The notes: a model not told the origin generated them from the sequence alone. A DNA stretch of 26,902 nt from a virus (IMGVR_UViG_3300009103_000130:1-26902); one strand, 5' to 3'; positions 14,850-24,081 are shown, numbered from the stretch's first letter. Numbers and translations are program-made.

Positions 14850-16028
14850 CTAAGCTTTAGCCGGTGGATCTGTCTGGGTAGCCAAATCCCCAAGTTTCAT
14901 TAGCTCGTCTAATTTTTCTTGAGGAGTTGTTATTCCTCCGATGGTGGTAAATACCGTAAGGTTGTCTTTGTCCCCACTATATATGCCTCTATGAACCATA
15001 CTTCCAGACCTTAATATTCTGCTTAATTGGTCAAAGGCTTGGTCAAGGTTAGATTGAGGTATGTTGTCTAGGACCTCTTTGCCTCCAATAAGTATGGCTC
15101 CAGCCACATTTGCTGTGGATATGTCAATGCCACCAGACATACTGCCGCTTTGAGCGATACTCCTAACAGCTCTTGAAATACTAACTGGGTCATCCCATTG
15201 CGGAACCGGAGTAGCACCAAAGATAGTAATACCGGAATCCAAAACACTTTTATAGTCACTAGAATCAAAAGATGAGTACGAGCTGTCTCTAGAAGCCGTC
15301 ATATTAAACAAATGAAATACACCAGCCGTGCTCATATTAGCTGTCTGCCAAAAATTAGAAACAGAAACATTTGAATAAAGCTTACTTGTTTTCTCATTGT
15401 CGATAATGACCAGAGGTGATACTACTCCTTGATCCACCAAAGCGCAAGCCTCTTTTAGGGTCTCGTAAGCATTAGCGTTAACCTTTCTTCCTTCTGAGTA
15501 TTTAGGTAAGGCTAGTATGACACCAACTTTTTTGGATCCAGATTTTACTGTCTCTTGTAATTCTTGAGCAGTTTTTACAAGAGGCACAAGAGTTCCTGCG
15601 CCGGAACCTCCGCCAGCACCCGCACAAACAAAAATTCTATCTACATCTTCTCCAAAAGAGCGACGCATAAAATCTAAGACATCATCTCTCTTCTCCTCAA
15701 AGCACTTAGCTGCGACAGCTCTATCTTTTCCGGCTCCACCCGAACCAATACAAAGCTTATTTTCCACGTTAATAGAGTTAAGGTCTTGCTGAGCTGTATT
15801 TATAACGCCAATTTTCCTATAGCCTAGCTTATGGAAACTCTCTGCGATCCTAGAACCGCCTTGCCCGGCACCAACGAAAGCGAATTTAAACGCTCCCTCT
15901 ACTTCATCTTTTACTTCTTTTTTCTCTTCTGGCTCTGGCGGCAATGGAATGTCCGGAACCATAACATCTATTCCTTCAGCACCGAAGTACTGATTAACAT
16001 CTTGGATATTTTCTTGATTTTCGCTCAT
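14850..16028 (-). CDS. Tubulin/FtsZ-superfamily GTPase (PhuZ/TubZ/CetZ-like)
   Basis: FVGAGQGGSRIAE (T1), INTAQQDL, GSGGAGKD, GAGGGSGAG (variant of the GGGTGSG signature), ALPKYSEG, IIDNEK and FDSSDY (T7-like). Confidence 0.9.
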   Translation of the reverse strand: MSENQENIQDVNQYFGAEGIDVMVPDIPLPPEPEEKKEVKDEVEGAFKFAFVGAGQGGSRIAESFHKLGYRKIGVINTAQQDLNSINVENKLCIGSGGAGKDRAVAAKCFEEKRDDVLDFMRRSFGEDVDRIFVCAGAGGGSGAGTLVPLVKTAQELQETVKSGSKKVGVILALPKYSEGRKVNANAYETLKEACALVDQGVVSPLVIIDNEKTSKLYSNVSVSNFWQTANMSTAGVFHLFNMTASRDSSYSSFDSSDYKSVLDSGITIFGATPVPQWDDPVSISRAVRSIAQSGSMSGGIDISTANVAGAILIGGKEVLDNIPQSNLDQAFDQLSRILRSGSMVHRGIYSGDKDNLTVFTTIGGITTPQEKLDELMKLGDLATQTDPPAKA

Positions 16029-16031
16029 ATT

Positions 16032-17951
16032 TTAAACCTTGCTTGCATACAATAAACTCGCCAAATACTCATCAACCTGATGCTCTAAAGCTATACTTTG
16101 TATTTCTTTTATAGCTTTTTCGTTAGTATCTATTGGGTTATTAATATATTCACTAGTTTTCTCTAGCCATTTATCAGAAGATTCATTAGCCATAACTATT
16201 TTACACAATTCAGAAGACAGACTTCTAATTTTGTTAGTTACTCTTTTGTTCTCATATTTTAATTTGAGCTTTTCCTGAATCTCTGTTTCTAGCTTTTCGG
16301 CTAGTGCTAAATTTTCTTTAATTTTTTCTACGCTAAACTTTTGTGAGCCTGAAGTTTTTTCCCCTATCGGGGTAACCTTCTTTGTGGTCTGTGGTGAAGG
16401 CGTCCCATTAGGCCTACCTGCTCCTTCTTTCCCTGACTGATTATCTCCTCCTCCGCCAAGTAGAGGAGAATAATAACCCTGCTCTTTTAGCTCTCTGAAT
16501 TTTTTTTGTGACTCAATGGACTCTTCGGGCTCTGGGAGCCTCCCAGAACTAATTGCCTCTAAACCTTCATCTGCAGTAAGGATACCATATTGAATAAGTT
16601 GAGCAACAACCCTGTTCCAAGTAGTCTTGTCTTTGAGCTCTATCTCTTGGAAATGTGCCTTTGGGTAATTTTTGAAACCCAAAGATTTACAAATCCTCTT
16701 TATCTCGTGGCAGAGGAATTGATTTATAAAAGCGTCTCTACCCTGCTTCAGTCTTTCAATAAATACCTGAATCTTAATGCTTGTATTAGCAAACTTATCC
16801 TCGCCAACCAAAATATTATTAAGTCCCATTTGAATATCTTGATTTACAACACTGTACTTTTTAGGATCCAAGATACCAGCTATATCCGGAATAACAAATT
16901 GAGCTTTTGTAGTGTAGTCTGAAACAAGAACCTTTCCGACAGATTGGTTTTCGAAAAGCTTTTGCATTGTCTCTATACTCCTCTGATTTATATTTAAACT
17001 ACCATCTTTTAGCTCGGAACCCATTGTGATAAGCAGTATAGCTTGGTTAGTGGTTCTTGTCAACGCCATGTCCATCTTCTTCATTTCGGACTTCCAGTTT
17101 ATGTCTTCTAGAACTGGAAAGCCCATCGGGACAGAAAATGGTTCGTAGTCCTGCTTCTTATAAAACACAGGGGTAACTTTATCTGGATCTAACCTAAGAG
17201 AAATAATCCCTATATTCCTGCCTTTTAGAGCTTTTTTTGTCTCTGGGTCTAAGGCGTCATAGACTTGCTGGTCTTCCTCTGTCTTTGGATTTTTAATTCT
17301 TTCTAGCTCGTAGTCCGTTAGTATTTTATAATATAAGCCAGAAAAGAATGATATATTGCCTCCCATTTGAATGTCAGCCGGATTCAATATAATATATCTA
17401 GAAGGGAGCTTGCTGTCCTCTCCGTATCCTAAAGAACTTAGCTTGCCGCCGCCATAAGTTTGGGTAATTCTTTTCAAGTCCTCTGGCTGAATCTTAGTGT
17501 CAAATCTATGAATAAAAACGTTTCCTGACCTATAGTATTCCCTAAAAAATCTATCTAGGAAACTTTGCATATCGATTTTCTTAAAAAGAGCATCCAAAAA
17601 GTCTCTTGACTTCTTACTGCCGCCTGTAAAGTAAAGACTCGTTGAAGAAAACTCTGTCATTAAATCAATGACATTTCTAAATACTGCAAAATTATAATAA
17701 GCTTTTTGACAAAGAATCACCACATCTCTAACATCAAGAGAGCTTTTATTATTAACTCCTTTTGTATACTTATAGGGGACTAGCCCATTATCAATATTTT
17801 CGAACCTATTCGTCCTCTCTATTTGCCCACCTACGTTTCTGCGCTGTCTTGTCGATTGGTTATCTAAGGTAGTATAAGGTGATGCCGCGAAGCTGGTCAT
17901 CATTGGCTGAATTTCTTCTTCTTTTTTGCTTGTTGTTTTTTTTCTTGTCAT
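16032..17951 (-). CDS. Portal protein
   Basis: 639 aa between TerL and the protease. Segments AYYNFAVFRNVIDLMTEF, FFREYYRSGNVF, KKQDYEPFSVPM..VLEDI and a low-complexity GAGRP linker fit large-phage portals. Confidence 0.7.
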   Translation of the reverse strand: MTRKKTTSKKEEEIQPMMTSFAASPYTTLDNQSTRQRRNVGGQIERTNRFENIDNGLVPYKYTKGVNNKSSLDVRDVVILCQKAYYNFAVFRNVIDLMTEFSSTSLYFTGGSKKSRDFLDALFKKIDMQSFLDRFFREYYRSGNVFIHRFDTKIQPEDLKRITQTYGGGKLSSLGYGEDSKLPSRYIILNPADIQMGGNISFFSGLYYKILTDYELERIKNPKTEEDQQVYDALDPETKKALKGRNIGIISLRLDPDKVTPVFYKKQDYEPFSVPMGFPVLEDINWKSEMKKMDMALTRTTNQAILLITMGSELKDGSLNINQRSIETMQKLFENQSVGKVLVSDYTTKAQFVIPDIAGILDPKKYSVVNQDIQMGLNNILVGEDKFANTSIKIQVFIERLKQGRDAFINQFLCHEIKRICKSLGFKNYPKAHFQEIELKDKTTWNRVVAQLIQYGILTADEGLEAISSGRLPEPEESIESQKKFRELKEQGYYSPLLGGGGDNQSGKEGAGRPNGTPSPQTTKKVTPIGEKTSGSQKFSVEKIKENLALAEKLETEIQEKLKLKYENKRVTNKIRSLSSELCKIVMANESSDKWLEKTSEYINNPIDTNEKAIKEIQSIALEHQVDEYLASLLYASKV

Positions 17952-17952
17952 T

Positions 17953-19086
17953 TTAAACCACCATTAAAGTTCTGCCTTTTCCGGCAGTATTGTTGCCACT
18001 TATAAATAAAGCTCCATTAGGCATACCTCCTGTGTTAGGATGCACTGGCAAATTATTAAATATAGCATACCCTCCAGATATGCCGCTTACAGTCAATAGG
18101 TCGTTTATTGTCACATCTCCGCTTAAATGCACATTTGATCCGCTAAAATAAGACCTGTAGTTACCCAAGCAAACTTTTTCTCCGCTAACATTTAAAGGGT
18201 TAGTCCCATAAGGACCTAGCTTTATTCTATCATCATCAAATATATCCATCAACGGCAAACCAGCTTTATCAGTCACAGAAAACACTGGAGCGTCAGGCCC
18301 ATATCCCGGAGATAAGGTTAAAAGAGCCCCGCTTGCGTCATCAAAAGTCAAAGACTTATTCGCATTAACCCTTGCTGTCACTCCATCAAAATCTACAACG
18401 TTTGCTTTAAGGCCCGCGTTAAAAGTTTTCTTAGCTGTGAATTTAGTGGAGGTGTCCGCTAGTACGTTATCAATAGCCCCACTAACATTAGCTCCTGTTG
18501 CCTCTAAGCTTGTTTTCAGGTCACCGCTTGAATTTGAAACTATACCAGTAACTTCGGCTTGACCGGGGACTTTCATCCATCCCGCTTTATCTGACGTATC
18601 TCCAGTCGCAATAAAGAAGCCAAATGTGTCGTTATGGCCTGAAGAAAAAGCTAAGGCACCACTTGGCGCATTTACGGAAAAATCTCCCGAACCAGTATGA
18701 TGCAGACTTCCAGATTTTAAAAACTCGCCACTAGTATTAGAAAACTGTCCTGAAACAGAATTTATCTGACCAGAAAGAAAACCACTCGCTCCAGTTGCAA
18801 AGCTCTCAGCATGACCAGATACATCATCGGATTTAGCTTTAAGAAATAATCCAGACGAATCTAGAGCTCCAGAGACAGAGTCGGTCAAACCAGAGGTTCT
18901 ACTCATGATATCGCCACTATAACCGGTCATAGACTTTGGGCCGCCCTGTGTTAAAGCGACAAAGCCAGAAGTATTGTCATGTGTATAAAAGCCAGATTTA
19001 TTCGCGGCGCTACCAGAAAGTTTCGTGTTAAATAGCTTAAGAAAGCTACTCTCATCTACCTGACCAGTTCTAATTGTGTTTGGCAT
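17953..19086 (-). CDS. Ser-Gly-rich fibre-like virion protein
   Basis: About 25 SG and 8 TG dipeptides in 377 aa. C-terminal NLPVHP...NGALFISG resembles fibre tips. N-terminus is similar to 8631..9473. Confidence 0.6.
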   Translation of the reverse strand: MPNTIRTGQVDESSFLKLFNTKLSGSAANKSGFYTHDNTSGFVALTQGGPKSMTGYSGDIMSRTSGLTDSVSGALDSSGLFLKAKSDDVSGHAESFATGASGFLSGQINSVSGQFSNTSGEFLKSGSLHHTGSGDFSVNAPSGALAFSSGHNDTFGFFIATGDTSDKAGWMKVPGQAEVTGIVSNSSGDLKTSLEATGANVSGAIDNVLADTSTKFTAKKTFNAGLKANVVDFDGVTARVNANKSLTFDDASGALLTLSPGYGPDAPVFSVTDKAGLPLMDIFDDDRIKLGPYGTNPLNVSGEKVCLGNYRSYFSGSNVHLSGDVTINDLLTVSGISGGYAIFNNLPVHPNTGGMPNGALFISGNNTAGKGRTLMVV

Positions 19087-19106
19087 AAAAGCTTATTCGA
19101 CTTTAT

Positions 19107-19112
19107 TTACAC
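19107..19112 (-). promoter_or_regulatory. Putative late promoter core GTGTAA for the fibre-portal-tubulin transcript
   Basis: GTGTAAATAAAGTCGAATAAGCTTTTATG(19086), immediately after the TerL stop. Confidence 0.6.
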
Positions 19113-20966
19113 TTAAAAAAGCATAATAGGCTCGAAAGTTTCCTTATTAGTATTAATTTCGGCTTTAGTTATGTCGTTATAAAGCTTAAGTCCCCAGTTT
19201 GCCAACATTAATGATGAATAATTATCTTTTCTTGCTTTATTTACAGAAGTAGACCTTTTAAGGTGCTGGGGCAGGTCGAAATTCTGAGATCCTCTTGCAG
19301 TTGCCTTATGTTCCACTAAGCTACATTGTTTCTTAGTCTGATAAATCATATCATCTTGGTGCTCGATAAAGTCAAGCATAGACCATTCTTTTCGATCATC
19401 AATAAATACAAGCTTTTTGGGATAAGGTAATCGAGTAGAGCTCGTCTTATTAAAGAAAGCTTCATTCGATGCCGTCCTAGAAGCAAACCAAATTTTCTTG
19501 TAATCTATACAAGCCTGAAGATGTTCGTTTGCCCTGCGTATAAAATTACTTGTAAATACTTGATTAAAACAAATTTGATAATTTTCTTGATTGTATTTTT
19601 GTTTAGCTTGTTTTAATGACTTCTGGTACTCTAAGCCTTCTGCATCAGAGTTAAGCGGTATAGTCTTTAAATTAATACGAGCATCTTTGAAAAATTGAGA
19701 CTCATTACAACTATCTAAATATGTATCAGAGCCAGCATTATCAAGGCATATAAAAACAATATTAAAAGCCTGAAGTAAATAAGCTAAATATTTCACATGC
19801 TTGTTTAGACTGCCAAGCCCGGCATAAGTATGAACCAAGGTTCCTTGACCTGTGTCGTCATCTATCTCTATGATTGACATAGCGAAATAGTCGGCCGTAG
19901 GACTATCACTCATGTTAGGGTCAATTCCCATTACGTAACGCTTACTAGTTCTACCAACTACAAGAGTGGACGGCTCCTCGTCACCTTTTAAAGTGCACAT
20001 CTCCATCTTTTTTGCACTGAAGTAACTGTCGCTTCCGTCTGTAAATTGAGCACAGTATTCTCGCTGGAACGAGAAATGAGAAGACCCTCCTTCTTGAGCT
20101 TCATCAATGATAGTTTTGTCTATCATCTCTTTTGGTAAAGCCTCGTACCCCATCTGAGATACAAAGTATTTAGCGTCTCCGTCTTGCTCGTCTGATTGTA
20201 TTTTCCCAACCCACTCTTGGTAGGTTTTGTAAAGATTTTCAAAAGTATAGCTAGCCGAAGAGAGAGCTATCATTTTAGACTTATTTTCGAACTTAGTCCT
20301 ATCCTCTTCTTTGATTACGCCATCTTTGATTAAGTTATCTTCGATCTCTTTGATCTCCATCCTCCTCTTCATATCTTGAGGCGCAACAAGAAATGGCATG
20401 AGCACGTTTTTAATTATATCTTCCGGCAACAAGAGGTACTCATCAAGTACAAGTATGTTAGCGCGGAAACCTCGAATCTTTTCTCCACTCAAAGGTATGG
20501 CTGTTATAGTGCCCCCATTTATCCTCCACTCGTACTGGTCATTTCTCTTTACCTTGGCTCCGAAGGCTTGAGCCAAAAGAGCGGCTTCTTTCGTCTCTAC
20601 TATCTTCTCTATGTTATTAAAAATAAATCTTGCAGTACGAAATGTTGGGCCAGCTATGAGTATCTTTGTATTGGGCTCAAATATGCATTGTAAAAAACAA
20701 TAGACCGAGGCTATGAAACTTTTGCCACATCCTCGACCCCATACGCACATACTAAAATTTCTATTGAATAGAGCTCTTAGAGTTATCTCTTGGTAGGGCG
20801 CTAACTTTATACCGCTCAAAAGATACGTAGTAAAATATAGATTATTCCTTAAGAACTCAGCTAGGGTGCTACGTGCTTTCTTGTCCTCTAAAAAGCCTTC
20901 TATCTTTGCTAGTCTAGCATTGACATCTTCAACTTCTCTTTCGTATTTTGCAGGAGTTGACCACAT
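19113..20966 (-). CDS. terL: Terminase large subunit
   Basis: Adenine-binding LAPYQ, Walker A GRGCGKS, IRGFRANILVLDE (Walker B), SSAS coupling motif, and RNase H-like nuclease motifs MGIDP and RKDNYSSL. Confidence 0.9.
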   Translation of the reverse strand: MWSTPAKYEREVEDVNARLAKIEGFLEDKKARSTLAEFLRNNLYFTTYLLSGIKLAPYQEITLRALFNRNFSMCVWGRGCGKSFIASVYCFLQCIFEPNTKILIAGPTFRTARFIFNNIEKIVETKEAALLAQAFGAKVKRNDQYEWRINGGTITAIPLSGEKIRGFRANILVLDEYLLLPEDIIKNVLMPFLVAPQDMKRRMEIKEIEDNLIKDGVIKEEDRTKFENKSKMIALSSASYTFENLYKTYQEWVGKIQSDEQDGDAKYFVSQMGYEALPKEMIDKTIIDEAQEGGSSHFSFQREYCAQFTDGSDSYFSAKKMEMCTLKGDEEPSTLVVGRTSKRYVMGIDPNMSDSPTADYFAMSIIEIDDDTGQGTLVHTYAGLGSLNKHVKYLAYLLQAFNIVFICLDNAGSDTYLDSCNESQFFKDARINLKTIPLNSDAEGLEYQKSLKQAKQKYNQENYQICFNQVFTSNFIRRANEHLQACIDYKKIWFASRTASNEAFFNKTSSTRLPYPKKLVFIDDRKEWSMLDFIEHQDDMIYQTKKQCSLVEHKATARGSQNFDLPQHLKRSTSVNKARKDNYSSLMLANWGLKLYNDITKAEINTNKETFEPIMLF

Positions 20967-21922
20967 TACAATAGATTAAGATCATAAGCTAGCTGCAGAT
21001 CTACATTTTTATAGTTTTGACCACAAAAGAAAAGCTTCCTAGTTAGCCTAGTAGCTTCTGTTCTACCTTTTGCGAATAAGAACTGTACATTATCGTGGTT
21101 TTGTATTATATCCCTAACATTTCTCATTACGTACTCCGGGGTTACCTGAACCTTCTTTGTGATATACTTTAGGTAATTAAATCTCATCATGTTATCCAAA
21201 GAGTTTTCAACAACTACTACGACATAAGCGCCCTGCTCTTTTGCTCTTTCTAGCTCTCTGGAAAATCTTTCACAGCCGCCAGTAAAAGTACCTATAAAGT
21301 CTTTCGTCTCTTTTCTTTCTACGTAGCACTTATTGCCCTCCTTGTCGAGCCAATAATCTGCAAATTTTAGGCCCTCTCTTCTTGTGCCGTAGTTTATATT
21401 TAATGGCTTTTGCTCTCTTGTATCAACAATAATTTCATAGCCTTCTTCTATGTTCTCTTTGATTTTATTTTTAGGAACTCTTTTAAATCTTTTTGATAGC
21501 CCAAGTTCGTAACAAAGATCATAGTAATTACCAAACAGCTTTTGATAATAAAAAATAGGAGGCATCATAGAAGACCTCATTTCAACTTGAGTAGGAGAAT
21601 ACTTAATTTTCCTTCTCATTATTCTATCTTTAATTACCTGAACACAAAACTTTCTAGCGTCCTCTTCGGAAGCCGACTCAAGATACTTTTTCATGTTAGG
21701 TCTTGAGTTAAAATAATTAGAAAAATAATGACTTTTATTTTTAAATTTAATTAGATCTCCCGTAAGTAAGTCTCTCCTAGGGTAATACTTTTGATAGTAT
21801 TCAGCCATGCGCATCTTGTATTTTCTGAGATACATATGAAGCTGCTTTTCTGTATCAAATTTTTTTCCGTCTATTTTACATACGAATTCCATTTTCATGC
21901 ATTGACTCAGTGGCTTATCCAT
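20966..21922 (-). CDS. ERCC4/XPF-family structure-specific endonuclease with N-terminal zinc-finger-like region
   Basis: IIVDTREQKP, ADY, VERKETKDF, RF..ELER and VVVVE form the ERCC4 catalytic pattern. N-terminal CKIDGKKF...LHMYL. TAATG overlap with terL. The start may be one of the downstream Mets. Confidence 0.85.
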   Translation of the reverse strand: MDKPLSQCMKMEFVCKIDGKKFDTEKQLHMYLRKYKMRMAEYYQKYYPRRDLLTGDLIKFKNKSHYFSNYFNSRPNMKKYLESASEEDARKFCVQVIKDRIMRRKIKYSPTQVEMRSSMMPPIFYYQKLFGNYYDLCYELGLSKRFKRVPKNKIKENIEEGYEIIVDTREQKPLNINYGTRREGLKFADYWLDKEGNKCYVERKETKDFIGTFTGGCERFSRELERAKEQGAYVVVVVENSLDNMMRFNYLKYITKKVQVTPEYVMRNVRDIIQNHDNVQFLFAKGRTEATRLTRKLFFCGQNYKNVDLQLAYDLNLL

Positions 21923-23015
21923 TTATAGCCTCCTCTTCCGATAGCCCAAATATTCTAGCTTTGACATCGTCAATAGTCATTAACTTCTCCACCTCTTCTT
22001 TAACAACACCTTTTCTTAGCTCTGCCATTTTTATAAGCTCTCTTCTGCTCTCCTCCTCTTTCCAAGTCTCGACTAGGTTTAGTATGCTGGCGTTATCTTG
22101 AACCTGTTTGCTTAACCTGTCGCTTCTTTTTTGTTTAAGGTCACTTAGCAGTTTATGTTGTCTGTTAACGCAAGAATTGTATTCATTTTGAGCCGTGCTT
22201 ATAGCTTCGACTAGGCTCATTGATATCCTTCTGCCCTCGTTATCATTTGCTGTATCGTCGAGTAATCTCTGGAGCCTCCCAACTCTTCTCTGAATATTGG
22301 ATGCTATTACCACTTCTCCGGACAGGACTATATACTGATCTACTTCTTCTTGAGTTAAGTCTGGTTTGTCATTAGTATATCTGACAAACGAAGATTCAAA
22401 TAACTCTCTTTCTGTTTCGTGTTCGTAGTTATTTATCTGATGAATAAACCTAAAGGTATGAAGATAGCCCATCAGCCTTTCTAAATTCTTTTTTTGCCTA
22501 GGCGTGATTTTATCTTTATCTATTCCGCTATCATGGACAAATCTATTAACCCTACTTAAGACTCTATCTGGATGTTTCGGGGGTTTATACTCAAACCTTT
22601 CTTGTTGTTCTTCTGGGGTTTCGAAGTCTTCCCCCTCTAAGCTCTTGCAGTAGTCTGTGACCATCCTTGTTTCAGCGCTTAAGCTTGTCAACGATTCATC
22701 TCCGAAAATTATTCGAGACATCTCAACGTACTTCATTGTGCCTCTATGGTTCCTTAGGAACTCCTTTTGTTCCTCTGATAACTCTGGCTTATCAACTTTT
22801 TGGTATTCACTAGCTGGTATTGCGTTAAAATCTATTTCGCCCAAGTACGCTTTTACGGCGCGACCCTCTTTGCTTCTGCCGTCTTTGCCCTTGAAGCCTG
22901 CAACGTCTTGTATCAGATGCATTAAAGATATATCGACATCTTCCCCCGCAAGAAAACTATCTCTTACTGAAGTCAGCGCAAACTTTTGCTCATTAGTTAA
23001 TGTCAGATCATTCAT
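21915..23015 (-). CDS. Helical protein, putative terminase small subunit
   Basis: In the operon upstream of terL, with an HTH-like segment (MKYVEMSRIIF) and a long helical C-terminal half. ATG 23015 has an ATGA overlap. The function is a positional inference. Confidence 0.35.
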   Translation of the reverse strand: MNDLTLTNEQKFALTSVRDSFLAGEDVDISLMHLIQDVAGFKGKDGRSKEGRAVKAYLGEIDFNAIPASEYQKVDKPELSEEQKEFLRNHRGTMKYVEMSRIIFGDESLTSLSAETRMVTDYCKSLEGEDFETPEEQQERFEYKPPKHPDRVLSRVNRFVHDSGIDKDKITPRQKKNLERLMGYLHTFRFIHQINNYEHETERELFESSFVRYTNDKPDLTQEEVDQYIVLSGEVVIASNIQRRVGRLQRLLDDTANDNEGRRISMSLVEAISTAQNEYNSCVNRQHKLLSDLKQKRSDRLSKQVQDNASILNLVETWKEEESRRELIKMAELRKGVVKEEVEKLMTIDDVKARIFGLSEEEAING

Positions 23016-23704
23016 ATCCAATCTAAATCATTTTTGTTTAAAATTTTTCTAGCCTTATTTAAAATAGACTTTTGTATATTTTTTATTTGTTTATATCCCG
23101 GAGTTCTATTTTTTTCTGTAGTTTTAAAATTTAAAGTTTCCGCAATTTCCTGCTCACTCTTATTCATCATATAAAAACCTTCATAAACTATCCACTCATT
23201 AGGCTTTAAAACCTCTTTAAGTTTCTTATTTAATTTTAAAATTCCAAGCTCTATATCAGCAGGAGAAACCTGAGCCTCGTTAATTTTTTCTTTATGCTTC
23301 TCTAAAGGTAAGGCCATCTTCACATCGTAAGCCGACTTCTTTTTACGTAACCAAGATTTATAAAGGGGGCATCTGGCATCTTGGGCTCCATATATTGAAC
23401 AGGCAGAATCCGGTTCCGCTGCAGCGCATTTCAAACAAGGTTTACAGTAATTGCTGTAATTGTTACGGATTAAATTCTTTAGCTGGTTCGATATGATCCT
23501 ATTAAGCCAAGGAGCTAAAGGTTTGCTGCAATCATACAAATGCCATTTTTTAAAAATATGTATTTTAAGAATTTGAGAAATATCATCAAAATCCATCCAA
23601 GCTATAGAAGTCAGAGTCCACTTATTTCTTCTTTTAGAAATCTCTTGGTCAATAACATCTATACAATCCTCAAAATCTGTTTTCTTCGCCTTCTTCTTGG
23701 GCAT
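23012..23704 (-). CDS. Phage RNA polymerase sigma factor (sigma70/ECF-like regions 2 and 4) with Cys-rich insert
   Basis: Region 2-like DFDDISQILKIHIFKKWHLYD..KPLAPWLNRIISNQLKNLIR and region 4-like LKPNEWIVY...KSEQEIAETLN, with five Cys between them. Confidence 0.75.
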   Translation of the reverse strand: MPKKKAKKTDFEDCIDVIDQEISKRRNKWTLTSIAWMDFDDISQILKIHIFKKWHLYDCSKPLAPWLNRIISNQLKNLIRNNYSNYCKPCLKCAAAEPDSACSIYGAQDARCPLYKSWLRKKKSAYDVKMALPLEKHKEKINEAQVSPADIELGILKLNKKLKEVLKPNEWIVYEGFYMMNKSEQEIAETLNFKTTEKNRTPGYKQIKNIQKSILNKARKILNKNDLDWI

Positions 23705-23709
23705 TTGGT

Positions 23710-24021
23710 TTAGGTATCTTCTTCACCTGTTCTCGCAGGGTCGACTAAGCTACCTAAGGTTTGTGAGTCTCTCTTAGGGAAATAAGAAGCTTCCATATCT
23801 AGTTCTAGTGGTGGGATGTTTGTGGGAATTGGAGTGTATTCCTCTTCTACCTCTGCCTCGCTGGCAGCAACTTGCTCGACGGGTTTCTGACCTGTAACTA
23901 AATTAATTCCGCAAGAACAGCAAAATTTTGGCTTCTGCATCAAGGAGGTTTTAGACTGCATCACCCAAGGGTTAGATTGACCGCAGCTCTGACAATAAGT
24001 AACTTTTTTTAACTTAGGCAT
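23710..24021 (-). CDS. Zinc-ribbon protein
   Basis: YCQSCG...KPKFCCSCG with an acidic tail. Start reassigned to ATG 24021 (MPKLKK), which removes the overlap with the divergent gene. Confidence 0.7.
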   Translation of the reverse strand: MPKLKKVTYCQSCGQSNPWVMQSKTSLMQKPKFCCSCGINLVTGQKPVEQVAASEAEVEEEYTPIPTNIPPLELDMEASYFPKRDSQTLGSLVDPARTGEEDT

Positions 24022-24047
24022 ATCTTTTATAACTAAGCAAATAGTTA

Positions 24048-24071
24048 TTACAACTAGATACCGTTTTACAC
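24048..24071 (-). promoter_or_regulatory. GTGTAA (24071-24066) and TTGTAA (24053-24048) motifs upstream of the Zn-ribbon/sigma/terminase operon
   Basis: Same motif family as upstream of the structural genes, in a 60-nt divergent intergenic gap. Confidence 0.45.
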
Positions 24072-24081
24072 AAAAAATGTT

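Noticed and set aside
9112-15268. Antisense or alternate-frame ORFs over the fibre, capsid, decoration, protease and tubulin genes (e.g. 9771..10253, 9911..10312, 10530..11045, 11902..12201, 12334..12672, 14266..14523)
   Set aside because: They are shadow ORFs caused by the codon bias of the real genes. 9911..10312 runs through the MCP terminator, and I saw no convincing slippery site for a programmed capsid frameshift.
14850-16028. Bacterial ftsZ, implying a chromosomal locus
   Set aside because: There is no dcw cluster (ftsA, ftsQ, mur), no FtsZ C-terminal core peptide and no NxDFAD T7 loop, and it is flanked by phage head genes.
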